A program made the position numbers and the translations under genes. A stretch of DNA of 64,000 nucleotides from Mobula hypostoma (taxonomy: Eukaryota), in contig NC_086108.1 of assembly GCF_963921235.1 (NCBI RefSeq), forward strand, positions 95,110,001 to 95,174,000, given 5' to 3'. The notes under the pieces were generated by a model. It had not been told where the DNA came from and did not search any database. It worked only from the letters and a program-made list of their open reading frames with translations. How positions within the stretch are numbered: the stretch's first letter is position 1; each line of letters opens with the position of its first letter. Positions 12,137 to 25,169 of this stretch are shown here, piece by piece.

Positions 12137-14960
12137 AACACAAAGTCTGCAGATGCTGGAGATCCAGACAACACGCAAAATGTTGGAGGAACTCAGCAGG
12201 TCAGGCAGCTTCTATGAAAATGAATGTTTCGGGCTGAGACCCTCCTTCAGGCTGAAAAGGAAGGGGGCTGATGCTAGAATGAAAAGGAGAGGAGGCTGGT
12301 TTAGAAGGTGATAGGTGAAGCCAAGTGGATGGGAAAGGCAGAGGGCTGGAGAAGGAATCTGAGGTGAGGAGAGTGGACTGCAGGAGAAAGGGAAGGAGGA
12401 GGGGCACTGGAGGGAGTGATTGGCAGGTGAGAAGTAAAGGGCCAGAGTGAGGAATAGAAGAAGAGGGGAGGGGTAGGAACATTTTTTTTTACCAGAAGGA
12501 GAAATCTATATTCATGCCATCAGGTTGGAGGCTATATGGACAGTATATACTCCTCCACCCTGAGGGTGACCTCCTTAAGGCACTATATTGGAACAGGAAT
12601 GGGAAATGGAATTAAAATGTTTGGTCATCAGGGAGTTTTGCTTTTGGTGGGTGGAGTGAAGGGGCTTGACAAAGCAGCCCCCCAATTTATGAAGGGTCTC
12701 ACCAATGTAGAGGTCACATCGGGAGCACTGGACACAATAGACAACCCCAGCAGATTTGCAAGTGAAGTGTTGCCTCACCTGGAAGGACTTTTGGGCCCCT
12801 GAATGGAGGTGATGGAGGACATGAATGTGTAGGTGCAGCACTTGGGTCACTTGTAGAGATAAGTGCTGGGAGGGATGAATGGACAAGGGAATTGGGGTGG
12901 GTGGTAAAGATGTGCTTATAGATACGATCCCTTTTGTAGATGGTGGAAGATGTGGAGGATGATATTTTGCATCCAGAGGCTCTGAAGTGGTAGGTAAGGA
13001 CAAGAGGAACACTCTCATTGTTAAGGTAGCAGGAAGATGGGGTGAATGTGGATGTTTGGGAAATGGAGATGTGGAGGAAGGGAAACCCTGTTCTTTGAAG
13101 GAATACATTCCTTTTGCCCTGGAAAGGAAAGCCACATCCTGGGAACAGATGCAGCAAAGGTAAAGGAAGTGAGAAAAGTGAATAACATTTTTACAGGAGA
13201 CAAGATGGAAAAAGGTATACTCAAGATAACTGAGGGAATTGGTAGGTTTATAAAAGGTGTTGGTTGATAGTTTGTCTCCAGAGATGGAGACAGAGATCGA
13301 GAAAGGGGAGGGAGGAGTCAGAAATAGACCAAGTGGAATTAAGGGCAGGGTGTAAGTTAGAGGCAAAGTTGGTGAAATTGAGCTCAGCATGGATGCGTAA
13401 AGCAGCACCATTGCAGTTGTCAATGTAGGAAAAAAAAAGTTGGGGAGTATTACTAGGGAAGACTTGGAGCATGGACTATTCAACATAGCCAATGAAGAGG
13501 CAGGCATAGATGGGACTCCTGCAGGTGCTCATGGCTACCCTTGAGTCTGGAGAAAGTGGGAGAAGCTAAAGGAAAAATTGTTGAGGATGAGGACCGGTTC
13601 TGCCAGACAGAGCAGCGTGGTGGTTGAGGGGAATTGGTTAGTTCTGTTAAGAAAGAAGCAGAGAGCATTGAGGCTTTCTTGATGGAGGATAGGAGTGTAA
13701 TGCCCTGGTAAAGGTTTTACTGCTGAAGTAGGGTATTTCATGTAATCGGCTTTTTGTAGAAGCCATGTGTTTGTTGGCAGTGTTTGGGTTACTATTAAAG
13801 ATGAGGGATTTTTAGGAAAGTGTGTAATCCAAATAGAGTAGAACTGGGAGAAAATTCCAGAGAAGATTGGGAGAGTGGGTTCTGTGTAAGTCGAGGTCTT
13901 TGTTTGGTGGGAGATGAGGAGAAAAGACTCTGGAGAGAACTGGCCATCGGATTTGTTCCGGTTGGAATGTATGATTTGATGGAGCCCAAGGCATGGATGG
14001 AGGTCTACCGAGGATCAGTGGATATGACTTCTGGAAGATTTGGGCGCCAAAATGTGCACATTTGACTGTTTAATTATAATGAACCCTTTGTGTTTTTTCT
14101 TTCTTTTCTTTACTACCTCTTTGGTTAAGTTAACGTTCGTAACTATACTTTCTTTATAATTGTATGTATGCCGTGTATGATCTGTTATTTCATGCAGTAA
14201 ATCACACAGCATTCTCACAAACTGAGGTTTGGGTGAGCGAGACACCCCAACTTCACAGATTTGGCGGGTCCAAAGTGATATACACCCTAGACGAAGCCTG
14301 AGAAGGATGGGTTTCTTGCTGTGGAGTCTAGTGGTTGTTAGCGACGGGCTAACGAGTCGCATTTCCAGAGATGCCCAGAAAAAAGAGGTTTCAGAAGTGT
14401 ATAGGGACTGAACAGCCATGGTGAAAATGAGATGGTCACGGCCAGAGAACCAAAAGTTATTGAGGCGATTGAGAGCATGAAGAGTGTCACATAAGTAGAT
14501 AGGAAGGGACTGAATGAAGGGGATAGAATGGAATTGAGGTATGAGGGCACAAGTTTAGTGAGGCAGGAGCAGGCAGAGACATTAGCCCTACCCAGAGACC
14601 GGTTCCTGATGGTCCAAGAGTGGCAGCCTGGCCTCAGCAAGGTGGAGGTCAGTGTACCACATTACAACAGCACCCCCTTTGTCTGTGGGTTTGATACTAA
14701 GGTTGGGATTGGCGTAGAGAGAGTGGAGGGTAGTGCATTCAGAGGGGGGTAAGGTTTGAGGAGGAGAAAGAACTGCTGAAGTCGAGGCAGTTGATGTCAC
14801 GTCGGCAGTTCGAGATGAAAAGATGCGGAGTCGGATGTCCAAGAAGAGGAGGAGGGTTGAAGGTGCGAGAAGGGGTCATCAGTGTAGGGTGTGGAATTCT
14901 TGCCAAAGAAGTGGGTTTAGAGATTGTGATGGAAGAAGAGCTTGACGTCATGATGGGTGC
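12137..14960 (-). mobile_element. Older, frameshifted, long Penelope-like element (RT + GIY-YIG)
   Basis: Minus-strand remnants IKPTDKGGAVV, YIDN, YKPTNSLSYL and VVYCVQCSRCDLYIGET. 3' tail with a decayed hammerhead at ~12220-12255. Interrupted by a solo LTR. Confidence 0.85.
13696..14393. mobile_element. Solo LTR (~700 bp) inside a Penelope element
   Basis: TGTAA...TTTCA termini and 4-bp TSD ggag/gaag (one mismatch). The Penelope sequence resumes on both sides. Confidence 0.7.
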
Positions 14961-15289
14961 AGAACTCACTGATATTAGAAAAAGAAAATTATGGAATGCT
15001 TAATGCAGCAGTTGTGGAGAGTACTCCTCTCCCTGTGGATGCTTCTGAAAGATATTTTACTGTAAAAAGAAAAAAAGCTAGTTTTGTTAGGTACAGATAA
15101 TGCGTAGAATGTGACATTTTTAAGATACTTGAATTGAGTATCAGCCATTTTCCTGCATCAGTTATCACTAATATTTTATAGGACACCAGTAAGCAAAATT
15201 GCTTAAGTTTCTGTACTTCTCTGAATTCCCATTTGCTGGGATTAGTGTTATTTGTCACTTGTACATTGAAACATACAGCTGGATGACGC

Positions 15290-18200
15290 TCAGCTTTTAT
15301 GGGGGAGTGAGGATATCATCGATCAGAGTTACAGGGAAGTGGGAGCTGGGAGACGTCAGGAGAAGGAATGGGAAGGTGAATAGGTAGTTAGCGCAGAGCA
15401 CCCCTGTGGCTGTTCCCCTCAATGATAACTATACCATTTTGAATACTGTTTTTGGAGATGACCTCCCAGGGGAATGCCACAGAGACCAGGTTACTGGTAC
15501 TGAGTATGGGTCCGTGGTGCAGAAGGGGAAGAGGGGAGCAGTAGTGACAGTGGATTCAATAGTCTGACGAACAGATAGGAGATTCTGTGGACATGAACGG
15601 GACACCCGATGTTATGTTACCTCCCAGGTGCCAGCATCAGGGTTGTCTGGGATCACGTCCACAGCATTTTGGAGGGGGAGGGAGAGCTGCTAGATGTCTT
15701 GGTACATATTGGTACCAACGACATTGGAAGGAAAAGCAAAGAGGTCTTGAAGAGAGAATTTAGAGGGCTAGGCAGAAAGCTGAGAAGCAGGAACTCCAGG
15801 GTAGTAATTTCTAGATTGCTACCTGGTACATATAGTAGTGAGTTTAGAAACAAAAACGCAAACACAAGGAAATCTGCAGATGCTGGAAATTCAAGCAACA
15901 CACATCAAAGTTGCTGGTGAATGCAGCAGGCCAGGCAGCATCTCTAGGAAGAGGTACAGTCGACGTTTCGGGCCGAGACCCTCTGTCAGGACTAACTGAA
16001 AGAAGAGCTAGTAAGAGATTTGAAAGTGGGAGGGGGAGGGGGGGCTCCATCCATCCCCCTCCTGTCTTCTCCTATCATTTTGGATCTCCCCTCCCCCTCC
16101 CACTTTCAAATCTCTTACTAGCTCTTCTTTCAGTTAGTCCTGACGGAGGGTCTCAGCCTGAAATGTCGACTGTACCTCTTCCTAAAGATGCTGCCTGCCC
16201 TGCTGTGTTCACCATCAACTTTGATGTGTGTTGAGTGTAGAAACAAGATGATTTGGTAGATAAATGTGTGGCTGAGAAACTGTATGTTGGGGGGGGTGTT
16301 AGTGGTTCATATTCTTGGATCATTGGGATCTCTGGGACCAATGATCCAAAAATATTCAGGCAGGTTTGTTGGAGAGGGTTTAAACTAATCTTGCAGGGGG
16401 ATGCGAACTGGGGTGAGGGACTCAGAATAGGATGGATGATTTAAAAAAGCAAAGATAGCGTGCAGTCAGACTGTTAGGAAGGGCAGGCAGATGATAAGAC
16501 AAAATTGCAGCCAGCAGGCTGAGGATCAATGCATCAGAGTCGCAGAATCAAAAAGGATAGCAAATACAATACTCAGTGCTATATCTCAATGCATGGAGTG
16601 TAAGAAATGAGATAGATGATCTTGCTGCACTACTACAGATTGTCAGGTATGATACTGTAGCCATCACTGAATTGTGGCTGAAGGATGGTTGTAGTTGGAA
16701 GCTGAATGTTCAAGATTACTCATTGTGTCAGAGGGATGGGAAGGTAGGCAGAGGGGATGGCGTGGCTCTGCTGGTAAAGAATGGCACCAAATCATTAGAA
16801 AGCTGTGACATAGGATCGGAAGAAGTTGATTCCTTGTGGGTTGAGTTAAGAAAATGCAAGGGTAAAAGGACCCTGATGGTAGTTATATATGGACCTCCCA
16901 ACAGTAGCTGAGATATGGACTACAGATTACAACGGGAAAAGAAAAAAGTGTGTCTAAAGGACAATGTCATGCTGGATCTTGAGAGAGTGAATTTGTTGAA
17001 TACCTACGAGGTGCCTTTTTAGAGCAGCTTATCTTTGAACCGACAAGGGGATCAGCTGTACTGAATTGGATGTTCTGTAATGAACCAGAGGTGATTAGGG
17101 AGCTTAAGGTAAGGAACTTTTGGAGGCAGTGATCACAATATGATTGAGTTCAACTTTAAATGTGATAGGGAGAAAGTAAAATCTGACGTAGCAGTATTTC
17201 AATGGAGTAAAGGAAATTACAGTGGTATGAGAGGGGAGTTGGCCAAAGTAAATTGGAAGGAAATGCTGGCAGGGATGACAGCATAGCAGCTATCGCTTGA
17301 GTTTCTGGGGAAAAATGAGGAAAGTGTAGGCTAGATGTATTCCAAAAACAGAAATCTCAAATGGTAAAATAGTACAACTGTGGCTGACAAGGGAAAGCAA
17401 AGCTAATGTAAAAACAAAAGTGTGGGCATACAGCAAAGCAAAAATTATTAGGAAGGTAGAGGATTAGGAAGCTTTTAAAAACCTACAGAAAACAACTAAG
17501 AGAATCACTAGGAGGGAAAAGATGAAATATGAAAGCAAACAATATCCAGGTGCATAACGCCTTTTCAAGGATTTAAAAAAAAAATGAGAGATGAGAGTGG
17601 ATATAGGACCACTAGAAAATGAGGCCGGGAGAAATAATAAACTGGGTGGGGGGGGGGGGAACAAGATGATAACAGATGAACTAAATGAGTATTTTGCACC
17701 AGTTTTTGCTGTGGAAGAACTAGCAGTGTGCCAAATGTTGAAGGGTTTGAGGGAAGAGAAGTGAGTGCAGTTACTATTACAAGGGAGAAGGTGCTCAAAA
17801 AACTGAAAGACCTAAGGGTACACAAGTCACCCGGACCAGATGAACTGTACCCTAGGGTACTGGAAAGAGATAGTGGTAGAGATTGTGAGGCATAAGTAAT
17901 GATCTTTCAAAAATCATTGGACTCTGGCATGGTGTCAGAGGACTGGAAAATTGCAAATGTCACTCCACTGAAGGAGGGAGGCAGCAGAAAGAAAATTATA
18001 GACCAGTTAGCCTGACCTCAGTGGTTGGGACGATGTTGGCGTCAGTTGTTAGGCATGAGGTTATGGAGTACTTGGTGACATAGGGCAAGATAGGACAAAG
18101 TCAACATGGTTTCCTTTAAAGGAAAATCTTGCCTGATGAACCTGTTGGAATTCTTTGAGGAGGTTACACATAGGGTAGATAAAGGGGATGCCTTGTATGT

Positions 18201-19345
18201 TGTATATTTGGATTTTCAGAACACCTTTGACAAGGTGCCACACATGAAGCTGCTTACCAAGTTAAGTGCCATTGGTATTTCAGGGAAGTTACTAACATTG
18301 GCTGATTTGGAGGAGGCAGCAAGTGAGAATAAAAGGAACCTATTGTCTGCCAGTGACTAGTGGTGTTCCGCAGGGGTTGGTGTTGGATCGCTTCTTTTTA
18401 TGCTGTATTTCAATGATTTAAAAGATGGGATAGATGGCTTTGTTGCCAAGTTTGCAGATGATACGAAGATTTGTAGAGAGGCAGGTTGTGTACAGGAAAC
18501 AGGAAGGCTATAGAAGGATTTAGACAGATTAGGAGTACAAGCAAGAAAGTGGCAAATGAAATACAATGTTGGAAAATGCATGCTCATGGTCTTTGGTAGA
18601 AAGAATAAGTGTGCAGATTATTTTCTCAACGGGGAGAAAATCCAAAAATCTGACAAGCAAAGGGACTTGGGAGTCCTTGTGCAGAATCACTCTAAAGGTT
18701 AATTTGCAGGTTGAGTCGGTAGTGAGGAAAGCAAATGCAATGTTAGCATTCATTTCAAGAGGTCTAGAATATAAGAGCAGGGATGTGATGTTAAGGCTTT
18801 ATGAAGCACTAGTGAGGCCTCGCCTTGAGTATTGTGAACAGTTTTGGGCTCCTCATCTAAGAAAAGATTTTTTGACATTGGAGAGGATTCAGAGGAGGTT
18901 CACAAGGATGATTCCGGGAATGAAAGGGTTATTATATGAGGAACGTTTGATGGATCTGGGTCTGTACTCGCCCGAATTAGAAGGATGAGGGGAATTTCAC
19001 TGAAACCTTTTGAATATTGAAAGGCCTAGACAGAGTAGATATGGAAAGGATGTTTACCATGGTAGGGGAGAATTGGACAAGAGGGTACAACCTTAGGATA
19101 GAAGGGTGTCCATTTAAAACAGATGCAGAGAAATTCCTTAGCCAGAGGATGGTGAATATGTGGAATTTATTACCACAGGCAGCTGTGGAGGCCAGGTTGT
19201 TAGGTGTATTTAGCGCAGAGTTTGATAAGTTCCTGATTGGACAAGGCATCAAAAGTTATGGGGAGAAGGCCAGGGAGTGGGACTGAGGAGGGGAAAAAAA
19301 GATCAGTCATTATTGAATGGGGGAGCAGTCTTGATGAGCCAAATT
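15290..19345 (+). mobile_element. Near full-length decayed CR1 LINE (ORF1 esterase domain + ORF2 EN-RT)
   Basis: ORF1 SGNH/GDSL-like LPGA...VHIGTND. ORF2 has YLNAWSVRN, YLDFQNTFDKVPH and YEALVRPRLEYC. CR1 3' end is ttctgctcctaagtct. Confidence 0.9.
15854..16231. mobile_element. Young miniature Penelope fold-back inserted in CR1 ORF1
   Basis: Two inverted tails with hammerhead motifs at 15957-15994 (-) and 16135-16172 (+). 15-bp TSD tgagt(t/g)tagaaacaa (15839-15853, 16232-16246). Confidence 0.88.
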
Positions 19346-20526
19346 CTGCTCCTAAGTCTCATGAAAAGCATGTTGCTGAACACGGTGACCATATTGTGTG
19401 TGACGTCCAACAAACATCAATTTTGTTTTCAGTGAATGGCCAACTGCTCTTTTCTATTGTTGAGGTGCTGGCCATAAAGCTTTCTCTGAAAATCGCCATG
19501 CTGGAAGAAGCTTATGGTTAAGTTCACATAAAGAGTCTGAGGGGAAAGGAGGAATTTGTACAAACCGGCTGTTGATCTGTATGAAAAGGCAAAAAATGCT
19601 GATTCAAGAATTACTTTCAAAAGCCAACGGAATGAATGATTGAAGTAAAGAAAAGCCATGCAACCAGATGAAGGGAATGTAATTGGATAACCCTTACTAA
19701 ATACTGGCTCTAGTTCTCTGCATCAAATGACTACCTCCTGTTGTGATGCTGTAGGAGAGCCCCATTGTGACAATCTTATCTACAGAGAAGCTCTGGTTAA
19801 CACATGCTGTTTGCAGTTCTATTAAGTTTACATTTTAAAGTTTTAATAGGAAACAGTGAGACTGCAATGCATCATATCTAAATAGAATACTTCCTGGTGA
19901 TTACAGCTGCAGATTATGACTCATGAAGTAGTTCAACTTTTTGGAATACAAATGAGTGGATAGGTCCTGCTTCATTTCAACTGTAAAATGTCATTTTGAT
20001 TAATGCCAAAAAGTACTGGAAATATCCATTTCAGGCAGCACCACATTCCTGATTTCAGTACTACAGCTTGAGATGTGCATGTATTTAAAAAAAATTAAGG
20101 GGGCAGCTGGATACTCAGACACAATTGGAAGGAAATGGTACAATTAGTGGAAGGCTGACAGGCCAGAAGGTTTAGAATGAAGGCAGATTAGGAAATTATT
20201 TTCCCGCCGGAGGGGGAGTCTGACACTCCGAGAATTTAACCGCTTGGATGTGTACTTGAAGATCTATGACCTCCAAAACATTAGGGCATGAATTAGGGAT
20301 TAGCTCTTTTTTTAACTGGCATAGCTATCGTGGTCAAAATTTCAAGTTTAATCGTCAAAGAGCAGTAGAATATGGTGTAAATGCCTTAAAATTTCACTTA
20401 TTGCAGCAGCACAGAGCACAACTATGACAATTTAAATATGTAATCTGAGGTTACAATCTTAAATTAACATAAATTATACATAATATACACAACAAAATAA
20501 ATATAAATGTAGAACATTGGTGCAAG

Positions 20527-21160
20527 TAATAAACACAAGTGATCCTGCATATGCTGAAAACCTTGAGCAACGCACACACATTTCTTTCTTGGTTTCATGT
20601 CTGTCCCTACCTGGAGAATTTAAGATTTTCAGAGTTGTATAATAATCAACCTTTGGACACATACTGGAGGAACTCAGCAAGGCAGTATTTATGGAGGGGA
20701 GTAAACAGTCAACATTTCAGGGCGAGACTCTTCAAGACTTGAAAGGAAGGGATAACCCAGATTAAGAAGGTTGAGGAGGGGAAGGAATACAAGCTGACAG
20801 GTGATAGATGAGTCCAGGTGAGAAGTGGTTAGATGTGTGGGGGAAAAGGGGAAGTGAAAAGAGGTAAAGGCTGAGGAACGAATCTAGTAGGGGAGGACAG
20901 TGGACCATAGAAGGAAGGGAAAGAGGAGGAGGGGAACCAGTGAAAGGGAATAGAAAAAAGAGAGAGGATGGAGTGATTACCAGAAGTTGGAGAAATCAGT
21001 GTTTCTCTCCTCCTTTCCCTTCCTTCCAGGTCTTCTCTCCTCTCCTATTAGAATGCTCTTCTTTTCTTTATCACCTATCAAATCTCAGCTTCTTACTTCA
21101 TCAGCCCTTCCACCCATCCATCTTTCCCCTTCACCTTGTGTCACCTGTTACCTGCCAATA
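20527..21160. mobile_element. Older Penelope 3'-region inverted pair
   Basis: A purine-rich minus arm switches to a pyrimidine-rich plus arm at ~21000. Decayed hammerhead at ~20706-20740. Confidence 0.6.
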
Positions 21161-21646
21161 TTAGTGCAAGCTGCTTTGCACCTTTGTATTCATGCATATG
21201 ACATTAAACTTGACTATCAACTTGAGTAAAATACAGTCCAAGGTAGAATTTGCAGTTTTTAAGGTTGATTCAAGAATCTCATGGCAGTGAGGTAAAAACT
21301 GTTGTTGAATCTTGAGGTGTGGGTCTCCAGGCTTGTATACCTCCTGCCTGATGGTAGCATGGCCTGGATGGTGGGTCCTTACTGATGTTACCTTTCTGAG
21401 ACATTACCTCTTGTAGATGTCTTTGATAGTGAGGAAATTTGCACCTGTGATGGAACTGCCTTTGTCCATCACCACCCTGTAGTCACTTCCACTCCTGTGT
21501 TCTCATACCAGGCTGTGATGCATTCAGAATCAGGTTTTATATCCTTGGCATATGTTATAACCATATAACAATTACAGCATGGAACCAGGCTAGTCCGTGC
21601 CAAACTCCTACTCTCACCTAGTCCCACCAGCCTGCATTCAGTCCAT

Positions 21647-22198
21647 AAACAGGAGGAATTCTGCAGATGCTAGAAATTCAAGCAACACACAAAGTTGCTG
21701 GTGAACGCAGCAGGCCAGGCAGCATCTCTAGGAAGAGGTACAGTCGACGTTTCGGGCCGAGACCCTTCGTCAGGACTAACTGAAGGGAGAGCTAGTAAGA
21801 GATTTGAAAGTGGGAGGGGGAGGGATGGAGCCAAGAGCTGGACAGGTGATTGGCAAAGGGGATATGAGAGGATCATGGGACAGGAGGCCCAGGGAAAAAG
21901 ACAAAGGGGGGGGGAACCCAGAGGATGGGCAAGGGGTATAGTCAGAGGGACAGAGGGAGAAAAAGGAGAGAGAGAAAGAATGTGTGTATAAAAATAAATA
22001 ACGGATGGGGTACGAGGGGGAGGTGGGGCATTAGCAGAAGTTAGAGAAGTCAATGTTCATGCCATCAGGTTGGAGGCTACCCAGACAGAATATAAGGTGT
22101 TGTTCCTCCAACCTGAGTGTGGCTTCATCTTTACAGTAGAGGAGGCCGTGGATAGACATTTTAATTCCACATCCCATTCCCATTCTGATATGTCTATA
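21647..22198 (-). mobile_element. 5'-truncated young Penelope copy with a short inversion at the truncation point
   Basis: Near-identical to 61138-61657. Segment ~22157-22198 is inverted relative to the other copies. Confidence 0.85.
21741..21778 (-). ncRNA. Minimal type-I hammerhead ribozyme (intact consensus)
   Basis: RNA UAGUC-CUGACGA-A-GGGU(CUCG)GCCC-GAAAC-GUC^GACUG has the conserved core, stem I UAGUC:GACUG, stem II, and a loopless palindromic stem III (ACGU). Confidence 0.8.
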
Positions 22199-22199
22199 C

Positions 22200-23025
22200 T
22201 CCTCTACTCAGGAGTTGATTCCAGCCATAACCAACCCTCAAAGCACTTCATTGCATTAGATGTGAGTGCAGGTGGATAATAGTCTTGGAGGAAGCTCGCC
22301 TGGCTCGTGGGTACTGTATGATTGTTTGGCCTTTTGAAACGAGGGGAACCTTCCACTGAAGATGTCCTTCAACACTCCCACCAGCTGATTGGCACAAGTT
22401 TTCTGTGCCTTACCAGGTACACTGTCAGGGCCTGATGCCTTGTGAGGGTTCACTCTCTCGATAGATGTTCTGATGTCAGCGTCCAACTCAGATGCTGCAG
22501 GCATTCCCATACCTTTTAAAGCATGCATAAAAGGCACTGAGCTCATCTGGGATTGAAGCATCAATGTTAAGTTTCGCCTTGTAGGAAGTAATGGCCTGCC
22601 AGAGCTGAAGTGCATTCAATCCCATCTTTAACTTCAATTGGAATTGTTTTCTCGCTCTTAAAATGGCCATCTGGATATCTTACCTGGACTACTTGTATAG
22701 TTCTGGATCATTGGTCTTGCATGCCACAGATCTAGCTCTCAGCAGACAGTGAATCTGCTGGTTCATCCATGGCTTTTGGTTTGGGTATGCCCTGGTCAGA
22801 ATGCTTTTCACCAGCCTATAGAACTTAGTTTTCAAAGACATGCCGAATCTTCTCAAAATGTCAAAACAAAAGTAGAGACGCTGGCATGTTTTCTTCATGG
22901 TTGCTTCTATGTGCTGATCCTGGATAGATCCACCAAGATGTTGGCACCCAGGAACTTGAAGTTGATCACCCTTTCCAATACATACCCTTCAATGATGCAT
23001 CAGCACCTGACTTCCCCTTCCTAAA
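22200..23025 (-). mobile_element. Rex1/Babar LINE fragments
   Basis: Remnants VNPHKASGPDSVPG and YPNQKPWMN. Confidence 0.7.
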
Positions 23026-24631
23026 GCAATACACACGCAAAATGCTGGAGGAACTCGGCAGGCCAGGCAGCTTCTATGGAAAAGAGTAAAACCTTCATCA
23101 GGACAGATATTCTCCTTCCTAAATCCACAATTAGTTTGTTGGTTTTGCATCAAGTTTTTGTAAATTGGTGCCTTACTGTATATTTTCAATGATTTTATGT
23201 CAAAATCAGCTTTATTATCAGTGATGTAAAGTGAAGGTTCTTTTGCTACAGCATTACAGTGCGAGACATAAAAATTCCTTTACGTTCTGAAGTAAATCGT
23301 GCAAATTGATTTAATTTTCTCTGTGCAGATTCTGCAATCCTCTCATATTACCCTAGTTTTCTGTTTGTTTTAGGTTTGCAGCATTGCAGCTAAGTGCTGT
23401 TCCTTTCACTTCAAGTGCATATTAATGGTGTATTTGATTAATGTCATTATGGGTGCCTTTGTTTTGACTAACTTTGCATTAAGGATACAGCCACTCTGCG
23501 TGTTTCTGTTTCACCATTGTTCAGTCCAATTTTCTACGTTAGCATAATCGCTTTGGCACAATGGCCTGATAAGTGATCAGGTTCTAACTATGTCTGAATT
23601 TAAATTTTAAATATTTGCAATGCAAGATAGTAAAATGTTGTCAAGCATAATCCATTCACTTTACTACTTAAAGTGAAATTTAAACCGTTAGGTGATGAGA
23701 ACTAGTTTAAAGTTAACAGGATTATTTTAAATGCTATTTAGAATGCAAGGGCTGATGTCTGTTAAGCTAGTTGTGTTTCTTTTAATCTGAAACTTCAATG
23801 GAATGGGTTTAATATTAAAGACAATCTGCTGTAAAGGAGACCTTCAGGCCCATCATGCTTATGCAAGATCTATATATATATTTATATATTTTAAAAAACT
23901 GATGATTCTTATTATTCCATTGCTTCTGTTTGGACAATATTTCAAGTTCCTTTTCAAAAGTTATGTTTGCACATGCTACACTGCCCCTTCAGAAAGTGCA
24001 TTGCAGATCACAATTTGCCTGGAGTTTCAAACTCCTGCGAGTGGCCATTACACACAACCTCTCATGGTTCCAGGGCCCATCCTGCACAATCAAGAAAGCT
24101 CACCAACACCTCTCTACTCTCTGAGGAGGCTGAAGAGAGCTGGACTTTGCACATCCATGCTCACACCATTCTACAGATGTGTAGTGGAGAGGATACATCA
24201 CTGTCTGGTACAGAAACTGCACTGTGGCGGACAGGAAGGCTCTTCTCTGGGTAGTCAAAACTGCCCAATACATAACCAGCCCCAGCCTACCCACCATCAA
24301 GGACGTATGGTATACGCGGAAAGGTGCCAGAAAAAGGCCAGTAACATCACGAAGGATCCCAGCCACTCTGTTCCATTCCCACTAGGGAAGAAACTATGTA
24401 GTATCCTCATTACGATCAACAGTCTCAAAAGCAGTAAGTAGTAAGGCTGGTCAACACCTTCACCTCCAAGTCATCAGTACTCTTAAAACGGAGACTGAGG
24501 AATTTCTTCAGCCAGAAAGTGGTGAATCTGTGGAATTCATTGCCATTCATATATTTAAGGCAGAGGTTGATAGATTCTTGATTGGTCAGGGCATGAAAGG
24601 TTGCAGAGAGAAGGCAGGAGATTGGGAGTGA

Positions 24632-25152
24632 AGCCTGATTTATACTTCTGCATTAACTGGACGCCGTAACCTACGCAAGTGGCCTACGTGCGTTGTGAGC
24701 ATTTATACTTGCGCGTTGGTGTGTCTGCATCGCTCTGCAATTCGCTCAGGTCATGCATGTGCACTCACCTGCCTGTGCAAGGCTTCATGGTCATGGTAGT
24801 CTTTCTCGGGGTAAACAAGACGTGAGTGTCTTTTTTCGTAAAAGTGAAATGTGTCCTCCATAATTTTGGAGGTCTGTAAAGCTTTATGGAAAGCATTGCA
24901 GCCAGAGTTCCTTCCCTGCCCTTCAGTCGCCCAGTGGGAAGCTATTGCAGCGTAGGAGGAAATGTGATGCTACCAAGCGGACCAATCACAGCTGTTGCGT
25001 TCTGCGTTGCCGTGATGCGCGGTTACATTTTGGGAGAGGTGCGCGTCGCAGCAACACAGGCTCTCGCATAGGGTTCTGCATCGGCTTTGTGTAGGGTTTG
25101 CGGCGACGCAGTACTTATGGTGATGTGTTGACGCAGAAGTATAAATCAGCCT
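24632..25152. mobile_element. PIF/Harbinger-like MITE in a CR1 3' end
   Basis: ~20-bp TIR agcctgatttatacttctgc / gcagaagtataaatcagcct (one mismatch) and 3-bp TSD tga. Confidence 0.8.
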
Positions 25153-25169
25153 TGAGAGAGAAAACGGAT

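Noticed and set aside
15911..16234. Recurrent small ORFs 'MLVNAAGQAASLGRGTVDVSG' / 'PDEGSRPETST'
   Set aside because: Translations of the non-coding Penelope tail and hammerhead. They recur only because the repeat recurs.
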